This document shows, one piece after another, positions 29,069 through 39,616 of a stretch of DNA of 64,000 bases. This DNA is from Acidimicrobiia bacterium. GTDB lineage: Bacteria > Actinomycetota > Acidimicrobiia > Acidimicrobiales > JANYDT01. The notes beneath the pieces are model-generated. The model ran no database searches. It was not told where the DNA came from and saw only the letters and a list, made by a program, of their open reading frames with translations. Every line of letters starts with the position of its first letter. Position 1 is the first letter of the stretch. A program made the position numbers and the translations under genes. The DNA is taken from the NCBI GenBank assembly GCA_031423635.1, contig JANPFX010000083.1:5108-69107 (forward strand), in the 5' to 3' direction.

Positions 29069-30187
29069 TCAGCCGTCGGTTGCAGGGGCGGCGATCGACG
29101 GGAGGCCTCCGGCCCGCCGTTTCGTGGCCCGTTGGTAGCTGGGGTCCCCTTCCGGGGGCCAGTAGGACTGCAGGGTGAGGGCCGCGCCGTCGACGTCGAA
29201 TGATCCGGGTTGCGAGGAGACCACGCCCACCTGCCCGGCGCACGGCACACCGTCGACCTTGATCAGACTCGGCGGGAAGGCGTTTCCGGGAAGCCGAGGT
29301 TGGCGGACCGTCACGCGTTGCCACTGCCGGGAGGTCGTGATCTCGGTGCGATGGACGACGTCGCTGCAGGGCTCCCGGTAGGTGATCTGTACGCGGACAG
29401 GGGCGCCGGATGACCGCACGAGCGCACTCGCCGTGGCCAGTATCGGCTGCGAAGACGTGTCGACCGGCGTGTCCTGGCGGATGCCCTCGCCGCGGGCTGA
29501 CGCGACAACTCGAAGAAACTGCCGCCCGTCGACGGCACCCGACCGGTCAGCGACGACGGTCGCCCCCGCGTCGATCGTCCACGACTCGAAGCCGCTCCCC
29601 AGTTCGAAGGATGGGTTGACCAGGCCGGCGTCCACGTAGCTCGCGTCGTCCAGATCCACCGTGCCGGCCGTGGACCGGACGACGACACGCATGGTGCACC
29701 GCTCGCCGTCGACCGGCTGCACGGTGGCCGAGACCTCCCGCCAGGCCGCACCGGTCACGAACGGCGTCGATGCCACCTCCTCGGCGCTCGCGCACGCGGT
29801 CTGGGCCGTGATCGATCCGTTCGCCGCGATCCCCGGGTCCGCTGACCGCAACCACACGGAGAATCGGTAGGCACGCCCACGAACCGGGGTCAACAGCACC
29901 TCCTGTCCGATCGAGCCTTGGGTGAGCCGTCCGAGCCGACCGAGGTCGCGGGCGTCCGACGAATCGATCACCCGGAAGACCGTCTCCGGTGTTTCCGCAC
30001 CGATCGGACGGACGTTCCAGGTACCGAGCCTCGCGGGCTGCTCGAAGGACGGGTCCTGCAGCAGCTGCTGAGGTTCATCGGCGACCGTCGGCACGGCGGC
30101 GGGATTGAGCAGATAACCGATCACCAGAGCACCACCGAAAAGGGCGACCCCGACGGTCGTGAACAACCGTCGACGAGTGGCCATCAC
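29069..30187 (-). CDS. membrane-anchored protein with two CBM4/9-like (galactose-binding-like) repeats
   Basis: An N-terminal TM (LFTTVGVALFGGALVIGYLL) is followed by two repeats. Each opens with (D/N)PSFE...W and closes with a VDLDDASY-type strand. Confidence 0.6.
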   Translation of the reverse strand: MMATRRRLFTTVGVALFGGALVIGYLLNPAAVPTVADEPQQLLQDPSFEQPARLGTWNVRPIGAETPETVFRVIDSSDARDLGRLGRLTQGSIGQEVLLTPVRGRAYRFSVWLRSADPGIAANGSITAQTACASAEEVASTPFVTGAAWREVSATVQPVDGERCTMRVVVRSTAGTVDLDDASYVDAGLVNPSFELGSGFESWTIDAGATVVADRSGAVDGRQFLRVVASARGEGIRQDTPVDTSSQPILATASALVRSSGAPVRVQITYREPCSDVVHRTEITTSRQWQRVTVRQPRLPGNAFPPSLIKVDGVPCAGQVGVVSSQPGSFDVDGAALTLQSYWPPEGDPSYQRATKRRAGGLPSIAAPATDG

Positions 30188-31020
30188 GATTGCCCGACCA
30201 CATCGACGGCACCGGCAGCGGGAATCGAGTTCACGCGCGGGAACTCATCGTCCTCCGGGCCGGGAGCACCACCGCCGGGTCGTTTCGACCGGAAGTGGAG
30301 CGCCACGAGCACGACGAGCGCAAGGGCCGCCGCAGCGGTCCCGGCGAGCGTCGCCCAGGATGTCCTGCTCGCCGAAAGGAGGACCGGAGTCGACACTCCG
30401 GAGGGGAGCTTCCAAGACCGCTCGAGCGCGAGAAGTCGAGCGTCGACGCGAAGGGCGAAGACCGAGTCGAGAGAGTCTCCACCGGCCTGTCGGACCACTT
30501 CGGCGTCACTGACCCCGAAGGCACCACTGCCGGTCACGGCGGCGAGTCGCTCGTCCCCGAAGGACGCCAGCCCGCTGCGGAAATCGCCTTTCCCGGACAG
30601 CGAGACCGCGGTGGACCAGGCCGAGCGCTTCCGGGTGATCCGAAGATCGGACAACGGTCCGCGGGGTCCGGAGACTTGCCGGAGAAGCTTGTTGGCCTCT
30701 TCGACCGACCTGAAGCGATGGAAGAGTGAGAACCGGGCGGACCCATCCGCCGTGCGAACGACGCCCGGACCCTCCCAGCCCGTTCGACGGAAGTCGTCGA
30801 TCCGCACGCGACCGGCCGCCGTATCTGTTGGCGTCGCCGCTGCGGCCTCCGCCGACGACGACTGGGGAAACACGGCGGCGGCGGCGTTTGCGTCGAGCTC
30901 CGCCGTCACCTCGATCCGCCCGGCGCCGAACTCGTCGGATTCGACCCTGACCGTCATGTCGACCCGACACGAGGTCAGCAACACTACGGAAGCACCGAGC
31001 AACAGCAGGCGGGCGACCAT
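30184..31020 (-). CDS. LppM-like lipoprotein with C-terminal TM segment
   Basis: Lipobox LLLLGASVVLLTSC, then CRVDMTVRVESDEFGAGRIEVTAELD, then C-terminal TM TLAGTAAAALALVVLVALHF. The start is the ATG at 31020. An ATGA overlap links it to the downstream gene. Confidence 0.65.
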   Translation of the reverse strand: MVARLLLLGASVVLLTSCRVDMTVRVESDEFGAGRIEVTAELDANAAAAVFPQSSSAEAAAATPTDTAAGRVRIDDFRRTGWEGPGVVRTADGSARFSLFHRFRSVEEANKLLRQVSGPRGPLSDLRITRKRSAWSTAVSLSGKGDFRSGLASFGDERLAAVTGSGAFGVSDAEVVRQAGGDSLDSVFALRVDARLLALERSWKLPSGVSTPVLLSASRTSWATLAGTAAAALALVVLVALHFRSKRPGGGAPGPEDDEFPRVNSIPAAGAVDVVGQS

Positions 31021-31358
31021 CGGGCGACGCCGACACACTTGCCGGACCGTGTCGAGAAGCGAAGGCCGACCGCGCCTGAGCACAGGTCCACAACGGCGAC
31101 GCACGACGGCCACGGTAGCTGGCCCAGGACGCGGTGACGGGCCCGAAGACCCAACATGTCGAGCACACGAGTGACGGCCCAGCCGGCGCAAACACGAAGA
31201 GAGTGGAGGGGTGGCACCGATCGGGCCCCACCCCGAGGAACGGAGACCCGGTTCGACGAAGGAGAACAGCGGGCGAGTACCGCAGCGGGTGGGGAGGATC
31301 GGTGACAGGCCCCGCAACGGCAAGCACCGGAAACCGTCCGGCGCGGCGGCAGAAATCG

Positions 31359-31384
31359 GAAGGGCCCGCCGAAGCGGGCCCTTC
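31359..31384 (-). terminator. hairpin downstream of clpC1
   Basis: GAAGGGCCCGC-CGAA-GCGGGCCCTTC (11-bp perfect stem), followed on the minus strand by CGATTTCT. It lies 26 nt after the clpC1 stop. Confidence 0.6.
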
Positions 31385-31409
31385 TCCGAGAACTTCCGGT
31401 CGATCAGTT

Positions 31410-33947
31410 TCAGTCGGACGGAGTGGCTACAGGCTCGTCGGCGCCGGAGGCGGTCAGATCATCGGGAAGGACGGTGTCGCTCGCCGTGAACACGATGCCT
31501 CCGTCGATGGCGTCGACGATGATCGACTGACCGGTGTGGAACTCCTTCTCGAGGAGCTTCTCCGACAGCGGGTCTTCGACCAGCCGCTGGATGGCCCGAC
31601 GAAGCGGACGGGCGCCGAGGGTCGGGTCATAGCCCTGGCGGGCGAGTTCCAGCTTGGCGTCACCGGTGATCTCGATGGAGATCCCCTGCACCGTGAGCTG
31701 CTCGGCGAGGCGGCGGACCATGAAGTCCACCATCTGGACGACCTCACTCATGGCGAGTTCGTGGAACACGATCGTGTCGTCGATGCGGTTGAGGAACTCC
31801 GGACGGAAGTGCGCCTTCAGCGCATCTATGACCTTGTCCTTCATCCGCTCGTAGGACACCGCTTCGCTGGTCTTCGAGAAGCCGAGGGTGGCCTTGCGGA
31901 GTTCGGCGGTGCCAAGGTTCGACGTCATGATGATGACGGTGTTCTTGAAGTCCACCGAGCGTCCCTGGGAGTCGGTCAGGCGACCGTCTTCGAGGATCTG
32001 CAGCAGCGTGTTGAATACGTCTGGGTGGGCTTTTTCAACCTCGTCGAAGAGCACGACCGAGAACGGACGACGGCGCACGGCTTCGGTGAGCTGGCCGCCT
32101 TCGTCGTACCCGACGTAGCCCGGGGGCGAACCCACGAGACGGCTGACGGTGTGCTTCTCCTGGTACTCGCTCATGTCGAGACGGATCAGTGACTGCTCGT
32201 CGCCGAAGAGGAACTGGGCGAGCGTCTTCGCCAGCTCGGTCTTACCGACGCCGGTGGGGCCGAGGAAGATGAATGATCCGCTCGGACGGCGGGGATCCTT
32301 GATTCCGGCGCGGGTGCGACGGATCGCCCGCGACACGGCCTTAATAGCGTCTTCCTGACCGATGACCCGCTTGTGGAGCTCGTCCTCCATACGGAGGAGC
32401 TTCTCGGTCTCGGCTTCGGTGAGCTTGGACACCGGGATGCCGGTCCACATGGCCAGCACGTCGGCGATGGCTTCCTCATCGACTTCGTCGAAGAGATCGA
32501 CGCCGGCAGCCTTCCACTCCGCTTCCTTCGCCGTCTTCTGCTCGAGCAGGTCCTTCTCCTGGTCACGTAGCTTGGCGGCAGCCTCGAACTGCTGGTTCTC
32601 GATGGCCGCTTCCTTGTCCTTGCGGACCTTGGCGACTTCGTTCTCCAGCTCGCGGTAGTCGGGCGGGGTCTGCATCCGCTTGATGCGAAGGCGGGCACCG
32701 GCCTCATCGATCAGATCGATGGCCTTGTCGGGGAGTTGGCGGTCCGCGATGTAGCGGTCCGCCATATTGGCTGCGGCGACCAGCGCCTGGTCGGTGATGG
32801 TGACACGGTGGTGCGTCTCGTAGCGATCCCGCAGACCCTTCAGGATCTCGACGGTGTGGGCCACCGACGGCTGCTCGACCTTGATCGGCTGGAAGCGACG
32901 TTCGAGCGCGGCGTCCTTTTCGAGGTGCTTGCGGTACTCCTCGGTGGTGGTCGCCCCGATGGTCTGCAGCTCACCGCGGGCGAGCATCGGCTTGAGGATG
33001 CTCGCCGCGTCGATGGCGCCTTCGGCTGCGCCGGCGCCGACGAGGGTGTGGATCTCGTCGATGAACAAGATGATGTCGCCGCGGGTCTTGATCTCCTTGA
33101 GCACCTTCTTGAGGCGTTCCTCGAAGTCACCGCGGTAGCGGCTTCCGGCGACAAGGGCGCCGAGGTCGAGCGTGTAGACCTGCTTGTCCTTGATGGTGTC
33201 CGGCACATCGTTGGCGACGATCCGCTGGGACAGCCCCTCGACGATGGCCGTCTTGCCGACGCCGGGCTCTCCGATCAGGACCGGGTTGTTCTTGGTGCGA
33301 CGCGAGAGCACCTGCATGATGCGCTCGATCTCCTTCTCGCGGCCGATCACCGGGTCGAGCTTCTTCTCTCGTGCGAGGGCGGTGAGGTTGCGGCCGAACT
33401 GGTCGAGCACGAGCGAGCCCTGCGGCGCATCGGCGGCACCGGTTGACGCGCCCACACCTGCGGCGGTGGGCTGGCCACCCTTGGCGGCGTCGCCGGTTTG
33501 ACCGGAGCCCTGATAGCCGGAGAGCTGCTGGATGACCTGCTGGCGGACCCGGGAGAGGTCGGCGCCGAGCTTCACGAGAACCTGGGCGGCAACCCCCTCG
33601 CCTTCGCGGATCAGGCCGAGCAGGATGTGCTCCGTACCGATGTAGTTGTGGCCGAGTTGCAGAGCCTCACGCAGAGAGAGCTCGAGAACCTTCTTGGCCC
33701 GGGGGGTGAACGGAATGTGGCCCGACGGCGAGTTCCCGCCCTGACCGATGATCTCCTCAACCTGGGCGCGCACGGCCTCGAGCGAGATCCCGAGGGACTC
33801 GAGCGACTTGGCGGCGACGCCCTCACCTTCGTGGATCAGACCGAGGAGGATGTGCTCGGTCCCGATGTAGTTGTGGTTGAGCAGGCGCGCCTCTTCTTGC
33901 GCCAATACGACCACTCGACGGGCCCGATCAGTGAAACGTTCGAACAA
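31410..33947 (-). CDS. clpC1: ATP-dependent Clp protease ATP-binding subunit ClpC1
   Basis: (L/M)[36 protein letters not shown], two AAA+ modules ([29 protein letters not shown]) and a UVR-like linker. The start is the TTG at 33947, preceded by a GAGGAGG RBS. Confidence 0.96.
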   Translation of the reverse strand: MFERFTDRARRVVVLAQEEARLLNHNYIGTEHILLGLIHEGEGVAAKSLESLGISLEAVRAQVEEIIGQGGNSPSGHIPFTPRAKKVLELSLREALQLGHNYIGTEHILLGLIREGEGVAAQVLVKLGADLSRVRQQVIQQLSGYQGSGQTGDAAKGGQPTAAGVGASTGAADAPQGSLVLDQFGRNLTALAREKKLDPVIGREKEIERIMQVLSRRTKNNPVLIGEPGVGKTAIVEGLSQRIVANDVPDTIKDKQVYTLDLGALVAGSRYRGDFEERLKKVLKEIKTRGDIILFIDEIHTLVGAGAAEGAIDAASILKPMLARGELQTIGATTTEEYRKHLEKDAALERRFQPIKVEQPSVAHTVEILKGLRDRYETHHRVTITDQALVAAANMADRYIADRQLPDKAIDLIDEAGARLRIKRMQTPPDYRELENEVAKVRKDKEAAIENQQFEAAAKLRDQEKDLLEQKTAKEAEWKAAGVDLFDEVDEEAIADVLAMWTGIPVSKLTEAETEKLLRMEDELHKRVIGQEDAIKAVSRAIRRTRAGIKDPRRPSGSFIFLGPTGVGKTELAKTLAQFLFGDEQSLIRLDMSEYQEKHTVSRLVGSPPGYVGYDEGGQLTEAVRRRPFSVVLFDEVEKAHPDVFNTLLQILEDGRLTDSQGRSVDFKNTVIIMTSNLGTAELRKATLGFSKTSEAVSYERMKDKVIDALKAHFRPEFLNRIDDTIVFHELAMSEVVQMVDFMVRRLAEQLTVQGISIEITGDAKLELARQGYDPTLGARPLRRAIQRLVEDPLSEKLLEKEFHTGQSIIVDAIDGGIVFTASDTVLPDDLTASGADEPVATPSD

Positions 33948-34255
33948 CGGAGCCTCCTCGAGACCGTTGGGGGGATACTGCAAGTGTACTGGCGGGTCGC
34001 TCTCTACAGACCGGACCGTTGTTCACTCGTTGCTTGCACTGTGTTGTAACGCCGCGGAAGACCACAACGTTCCAACGTTGCCATCTTCTTCGACCTGTCC
34101 TTCGTCACATCGGCGGGACAGCGGGGGACTTGAGATGCCGGATGACCTATTTCGGCTCCCGGGGGGCCTTCTTCCCGCACGGCAGGTGACCGACGCAACT
34201 CCGGGCGCCTTTCACGGCCTGCGCAGTATTGGCGACGGTGCCGTAGCCTTACCTT

Positions 34256-35233
34256 GTGAGCAAATCTGCGCTCCCGCTCGATCTTCCTCTTCTGGAGGAC
34301 GATCTCCGTCGGGTTGAAGACGAACTGCGTTCGTCCGTGGTGACCGAGGACCCGTTCCTCACCGAAGTTGCGCGCAACCTGATCGTCGCCGGCGGGAAGC
34401 GGCTTCGGCCCGTCTTGTCCCTGGCTGCGGCCTACGCCGGACCGGGCCACGTCGTCGACGACGTCGTGCGCGGGGCGGTCGCCGTCGAGCTGGTTCACCT
34501 CGGTTCGCTTTACCACGACGACGTGATGGACGAAGCTGCCACCCGTCGCGGTCAACCAACGGCGAACGCCCGGTTCGGGAACTTCGCGGCGATCGTGGCC
34601 GGCGATTTCTGCCTTGCCGTGTCGGCTCAGATAGCCGCCTCGCTCGGGGTCGAGGTCTCGGGACTGCTCGGCTTCACGATCGGGGAGCTGTGCAAGGGCC
34701 AGGTGGCCGAACTGCAGTCGCTGTTCCGACTCGATCGGGCAGAGGAGGCGTATTTCCGGTCCATCAACGGCAAGACGGCGTCACTCATGGCGGCCGCAGC
34801 ACGCGTGGGCGCCATCACCAGTGGCATGAACCGGCCCGAGATCGAGGCGCTGACCGTCTTCGGGCAACGGGTCGGGATGGTGTTCCAGATCGCCGACGAC
34901 ATCCTCGACGTCGTCGCCACCGACGAGCAACTGGGAAAGCCGGCGGGGAACGACCTGGTCGAGGGTGTCTACACGTTGCCGGTGCTCCGCGCCTTCCGCG
35001 ATCCTGCCGTCGGCGACGAGCTCCGGGGGATGCTGGGTGCACCGATTGACCGGTCCCTGGTCGACCAGTTGCGCAAGCTCGTGCGGGCGTCCGATGGCGT
35101 CGAACAGGCCGTCACCGTCGCCCGCGGGTTCGCCGACGAAGCCGCTGCGGCGCTCGACGCGCTTTCCGGGTCGGCCGCCCGAACGCAGCTGGCCGGCTTG
35201 GGGCACTCCCTGCTCGACCGCCTTCCTGCCTAG
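34256..35233 (+). CDS. polyprenyl diphosphate synthase (trans-IPPS family)
   Basis: Aspartate-rich motifs LYHDDVMDE and QIADDILD, plus GKRLRP. GTG start. Confidence 0.88.
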   Translation: MSKSALPLDLPLLEDDLRRVEDELRSSVVTEDPFLTEVARNLIVAGGKRLRPVLSLAAAYAGPGHVVDDVVRGAVAVELVHLGSLYHDDVMDEAATRRGQPTANARFGNFAAIVAGDFCLAVSAQIAASLGVEVSGLLGFTIGELCKGQVAELQSLFRLDRAEEAYFRSINGKTASLMAAAARVGAITSGMNRPEIEALTVFGQRVGMVFQIADDILDVVATDEQLGKPAGNDLVEGVYTLPVLRAFRDPAVGDELRGMLGAPIDRSLVDQLRKLVRASDGVEQAVTVARGFADEAAAALDALSGSAARTQLAGLGHSLLDRLPA

Positions 35234-35361
35234 CCCTCCCAGGGCTGCCCAAACGGCAGGACCACCACCCCGGGTTTCGGGCTCTCTGCGTCGGAATCCA
35301 CCGGACTCGCCTGCGTCGGGATGCGTCCGGGCCCGGTCCGGGGCGACTCGACCGACTCCGG

Positions 35362-37209
35362 TCAGCGCTTTTTCGTGGTCTTCTTCTTGGCGACGGGTTT
35401 GACCGTGGTCGGACTGCCGACGTCGGCTCCTCCGACCACCGTGACCACCGGACTGGCGCCGACCGCCACCGCTACAGCGACGACGGTGGTGTTCGGATTG
35501 GTCTTGACGGTGGTGGTCTTCGTCTTGGACTTCTTCGTGGTCGTCGTGGTGGCGGTCGCCGAAGGCTCCGGTGCGACTGCCGGGCTGAGGGCGCCAGGAG
35601 GCAACGCGCCGACCGCAGCGACCGGCCCCCCGGCGTCGCCCGTCAGCGCCTGACCGGGCGCGGTATCGACGGTTGCGGCAACGGGATCCGCGGCAGGTGC
35701 GGGGCCGCCCTCAACGATCATCGAGGTGAAGAAGTACGACGACTTCAGGGAGAACGAACGCATGAACTCGGCTCCGGAGATCGACACTGAGCCCTTCTCG
35801 TAGACGAGGGTGACCGTGTTGGCGCGTCCTCCGTCCGGGCCGATCCCGTCCCGTGCGGTGACCTTCACGTCGACCAGTGCACCGAGCTTGGGGCTCTTGC
35901 GAACGCTGTCGCTGGGAAGCCGACGCTCCCAGCTCCGATTGGGGTTCGGGTCGATCGCGTCCCCTTCGTCGATCACCGCCGGGAACTCGCCTCCGGCTGT
36001 GTGTCCGCCGGTCGACGCGGAGAACTCGGTGCGGATCGCGACGCCGTTCTTCGGGTTCACCCGGATTTCGCCAGCGGTCTCGGCGATCGCCCGATCGGTC
36101 CGTGGATCCTCGAGCGAGGTGAAGCCTTTTGCCGTCATCACCCCGCGCCCGCCGTACACCTGGCACGAGATCGTGTCGCAGGTGTTCGAGAATCCCGAGC
36201 GCTTCTCGGCGGCAGCATACGAACGGGCCGCAACTGCTTGCGCCTTCACCGCCTCGAGGCCCTTGTCGCCCCAGGAGGCCGAGATTTCGCGTGGGACGAC
36301 ACCACGGAGGTAGGCCTCCATACCCACGAGGTTGACGCTGCGCTGGACCTTGCCGTCGGTGATGGCGAGCAAGTCGCCCCGGTACACCCTCCGCTGGGCG
36401 TCCTCACAGACCTGCAACATGTTGGTGTGGTCATCGGGGCCGGCCGCCGGGTCGGCCGGCCCCGTCGTGATCGTGACCGTCCGGGAGGCCAACGACGTCC
36501 GAACGGTCCACGGTCCCGAGCAGCCGGGGGCGTCGCTGATCTCCCATGCGCCGCGGGAGAGACGGACCCGCACAGCAGCACCCACCCCCGAACTGAGCGG
36601 CGGATCGACGACGGAAACCGCTCCCGGATTGACCGTCGTGGTCGGACCGGCAACGGGTTGCGCTGCCGGTGCCACGGTCACCGCAGCCCCGACGATCGGA
36701 TCGGGAGCAGCCGCCACAACCGCCGGCGCGGAAACGGCTCCGATCGCAAGTGCCGGCGGGACGATCAGCCCGGCCTCGCCTTCGACCCGAAGGTAGAGGC
36801 GGCCTTTCGGCTGATACACCGCGAGAGGTTTCGCGTCGAGTGCGCTGATGCGCACACCGATCGCCGAGGTGGGGGAAAGAGCGCCCGGGACGGTGCCCCC
36901 GTAGAAGTGGTCCAGGATCTGTCGGCTCGTCCAGCCCTTGGTGGTGGCATAGCCAAAGGCGCCCCACTGTCCGAGCCCGCGCCCATGGCCGAACCCGCGG
37001 CCGGAGATCACGAGCGTTCGTTTCGGGGCAGCCGTGCTCGTGGGTGCCGGTGGAGCGGTGTCGGCCACCGGTGCCGGAGCGGGTGTGGACGCCACGGAGG
37101 AATCCGTCTGGGCCGACGCTCCCGTGGCCGCGATCATCAGGGCGCAGAGAGCAAGCGCGCTGATCATCACGGAACGAGGCGTTACGAGGGGGAAGACCCG
37201 CACGCGCAC
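35362..37209 (-). CDS. SpoIID/LytB domain protein, secreted, Thr/Lys-rich C-terminal tail (paralog 2)
   Basis: A signal peptide (ISALALCALMIAATGASA) is followed by GRGFGHGRGLGQWGAFGYATTKGWTSRQILDHFYGGT. The SpoIID core follows (MEAYLRGVVPREI, AVKAQAVAARSYA, CDTISCQVY, EFSASTGGHT). The tail is TTTTTKKSKTKTTTVKT...KPVAKKKTTKKR. Confidence 0.8.
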   Translation of the reverse strand: MRVRVFPLVTPRSVMISALALCALMIAATGASAQTDSSVASTPAPAPVADTAPPAPTSTAAPKRTLVISGRGFGHGRGLGQWGAFGYATTKGWTSRQILDHFYGGTVPGALSPTSAIGVRISALDAKPLAVYQPKGRLYLRVEGEAGLIVPPALAIGAVSAPAVVAAAPDPIVGAAVTVAPAAQPVAGPTTTVNPGAVSVVDPPLSSGVGAAVRVRLSRGAWEISDAPGCSGPWTVRTSLASRTVTITTGPADPAAGPDDHTNMLQVCEDAQRRVYRGDLLAITDGKVQRSVNLVGMEAYLRGVVPREISASWGDKGLEAVKAQAVAARSYAAAEKRSGFSNTCDTISCQVYGGRGVMTAKGFTSLEDPRTDRAIAETAGEIRVNPKNGVAIRTEFSASTGGHTAGGEFPAVIDEGDAIDPNPNRSWERRLPSDSVRKSPKLGALVDVKVTARDGIGPDGGRANTVTLVYEKGSVSISGAEFMRSFSLKSSYFFTSMIVEGGPAPAADPVAATVDTAPGQALTGDAGGPVAAVGALPPGALSPAVAPEPSATATTTTTKKSKTKTTTVKTNPNTTVVAVAVAVGASPVVTVVGGADVGSPTTVKPVAKKKTTKKR

Positions 37210-37284
37210 ATCACCATTCTGCCAAAGGATCCCGCCGACCGGTGTTGCCGCCGGTCATCGACCAGCAACCGGACGACGGAACAG

Positions 37285-38709
37285 CTAGGGGAACTGCTCC
37301 GGACGAAGCGTCGGGAAGAGGATCACGTCACGGATCGTGGTGGTGTTGGTGAGCAGCATGGCGAGCCGATCGATGCCGATGCCGAGGCCACCGGTCGGCG
37401 CAAGACCGTATTCGAGTGCCCGGACATAGTCGTGGTCCATGACCATTGCCTCGTCGTCGTAGTCGGACTGCCGGACCTGATCCTCGAACCGGGACTTCTG
37501 TTCGGCGGCATCGATGAGCTCGGAGTACCCGTTGCAGAGCTCGCGTCCGGCGACGATGCCCTCGAACCGCTCCGTCATGTTCGGCAGGGTGCGGTGGTCA
37601 CGGGCCAGCGGCGAGACTTCCTTCGGGTAGTCGCACACGAAGACGGGATCCCAGAGGGTGTGCTCGACCGTCTTCTCGTAGAGCTCCAGGAGCAGTTTGC
37701 CGGGGCCGTATCCCGGCTTCACCTCGACACCGTGCTGCGCGCAGAGCGAGCGCAGTACGCTCACCGGCGTCTCGATGGAGACATCGACCCCGATGGCTGC
37801 GCTCGTAAGCGCGCTGAGGGTCTTGCGGGGCCAGGGAGGAGTGAGGTCGAGCTCCCGATCGCCGTACGCGATCTTCGTCGTGCCGTTCAGCTGCTGACAC
37901 AGATAGGCCACGACGTTCTCCGTGAGCTGCATCTGGTCTTCGTAATCCCAGTACGCCGCATAGATCTCGAGCATCGTGAACTCGGGGTTGTGCCGCGGGG
38001 ACAGACCCTCGTTGCGAAACACGCGGCCGATCTCGAAGACCCGCTCGAGTCCTCCGACCACCAGGCGCTTCAGGTAGAGCTCGGGAGCGATTCGGAGGAA
38101 CAGCGGCAGATCGAGCGCGTTGTGGTGGGTCGTGAACGGCTTTGCGAGGGCGCCACCCGGAATCGGCTGGAGCAGCGGTGTTTCCACCTCGAGGAATCCG
38201 TGCTCGTCTTCCAACCAGCGACGCATGAGCGAGATCATGCGGGATCGGTTGACCAAGGTCGTCCGCGACTCCTCGTTCACCACGAGGTCGACGTAGCGCT
38301 GCCGATAGCGGGTGTCGGTATCAGTGAGCCCGTGCCACTTGTCGGGGAACTGTCGCTTCGCCTCGGCCAGGAGCGTCCACGACGTGACCTTGACCGAGAG
38401 CTCACCCTTCTTCGTGCGCATCACGAGGCCGGTAACACCGATCCAGTCGCCCAGGCTGAGTGAAGTGAAGGCGTCGAAGTCGGGGGTGACGTCGGCCGGA
38501 GCAAAGAGCTGTATCCGGCCGGTCGAGTCCTGCAGCTGGCCGAACGCGAGTTTGCCCTGCCCACGCCGGAGCATCAGCCGCCCGGCGACCGTCACTTCGC
38601 TGGTCGTTTCGGTGGCGTCGGCCACGACGCCCTCGGCGCCGAACTGGGCCACGACGGCGGCAGCCGAGTGTGTCGGGGCGAAGCGGTAGGGAACGTCAGC
38701 GGTCGTCAT
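37285..38709 (-). CDS. lysS: lysine--tRNA ligase (class II)
   Basis: An OB-fold ([31 protein letters not shown]) is followed by class II motifs ([37 protein letters not shown]). The start is the ATG at 38709. Confidence 0.94.
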   Translation of the reverse strand: MTTADVPYRFAPTHSAAAVVAQFGAEGVVADATETTSEVTVAGRLMLRRGQGKLAFGQLQDSTGRIQLFAPADVTPDFDAFTSLSLGDWIGVTGLVMRTKKGELSVKVTSWTLLAEAKRQFPDKWHGLTDTDTRYRQRYVDLVVNEESRTTLVNRSRMISLMRRWLEDEHGFLEVETPLLQPIPGGALAKPFTTHHNALDLPLFLRIAPELYLKRLVVGGLERVFEIGRVFRNEGLSPRHNPEFTMLEIYAAYWDYEDQMQLTENVVAYLCQQLNGTTKIAYGDRELDLTPPWPRKTLSALTSAAIGVDVSIETPVSVLRSLCAQHGVEVKPGYGPGKLLLELYEKTVEHTLWDPVFVCDYPKEVSPLARDHRTLPNMTERFEGIVAGRELCNGYSELIDAAEQKSRFEDQVRQSDYDDEAMVMDHDYVRALEYGLAPTGGLGIGIDRLAMLLTNTTTIRDVILFPTLRPEQFP

Positions 38710-38811
38710 AGCGGTCGACAAGTCTCCCACCCGCCCGGGAGCGGAACAGTCAACGTTCCGTCGTCGTCCCGACACCGCGACGCTCCGTCGGCGGATGTCT
38801 AACCTGGCCAC

Positions 38812-39612
38812 GTGCTCCTGGTCATCGACGTCGGTAACACCCAGACCGTGTTCGGCGCGTACCCGAGCGATGAGCTCGGCTTCACCAACGGATCGGACCT
38901 GGCCGACCACTGGCGGATCGCCACCAACGCCGAGCGCACGCCTGACGAGCTCGCCATGCTGCTGCGCCAGTTCTTCTCGTCCCGCGCCGAGGACTTCTCC
39001 GCCGATCACATCCACGGCGTGGCGATCTGCTCAGGGGTGCCCCGCGCGACCGCTCACCTTCGACGCATGTGCGAGCGCTACCTCGACCTCACCGCCATGG
39101 TGCTCGAACCGGGCGTGAAGACGGGGATGCCGGTCCTCTACGACAATCCGAAAGAGGTCGGCGCCGACCGCATCGCGAACGCCGTCGGCGCGCTCGATCG
39201 CTACGGGTCCCCGGCGATCGTCGTCGACTTCGGAACCGCCACGACCTTCGATGTGATCTCGGCCAAGGGCCAGTACCTCGGTGGCGCGATCGTCCCGGGT
39301 GTCGAGATCTCGCTCGAGGCCCTCTTCCAGCGCGCTGCCGCGCTGCGTCGGGTCGAGCTGGTCGAGCCGCGCGGGGTCATCGGCAAGTCGACCGCGGAGT
39401 CGTTGCAGTCCGGGGCGCTCTACGGGTATTCGTCGATGATCGACGGGATGTGCGGACGGATCGAAGATGAGCTCGGCGAGAGCGCCACGGTGGTTTCGAC
39501 CGGAGGACTCGGAGCCGTCATCGCGCCCTTCTGCCGGACGGTGGACCACAACGACCCGTGGGTCACCCTCCACGGGCTCCGCCTGATCTACGAGAAGAAC
39601 ACTGTCGCTTGA
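38812..39612 (+). CDS. coaX: type III pantothenate kinase
   Basis: [14 protein letters not shown]...[11 protein letters not shown]...[14 protein letters not shown]...[13 protein letters not shown] start. Confidence 0.93.
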   Translation: MLLVIDVGNTQTVFGAYPSDELGFTNGSDLADHWRIATNAERTPDELAMLLRQFFSSRAEDFSADHIHGVAICSGVPRATAHLRRMCERYLDLTAMVLEPGVKTGMPVLYDNPKEVGADRIANAVGALDRYGSPAIVVDFGTATTFDVISAKGQYLGGAIVPGVEISLEALFQRAAALRRVELVEPRGVIGKSTAESLQSGALYGYSSMIDGMCGRIEDELGESATVVSTGGLGAVIAPFCRTVDHNDPWVTLHGLRLIYEKNTVA

Positions 39613-39616
39613 CCCC

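Noticed and set aside
31021-31323. The upstream 101 codons of the LppM-like ORF.
   Set aside because: This part is Arg/Pro/Gly-rich with no signal-peptide logic. The ATG at 31020 gives a textbook lipoprotein signal.
33984-34255. A ClgR-type or other defined operator in the clpC1 / prenyl synthase divergent promoter region.
   Set aside because: Only weak partial repeats were seen, and nothing could be matched confidently to a known consensus.
36001-38463. An 820-aa plus-strand ORF across the SpoIID paralog 2 and lysS genes.
   Set aside because: It is antisense to two genes with clear family motifs. Its composition is not protein-like.
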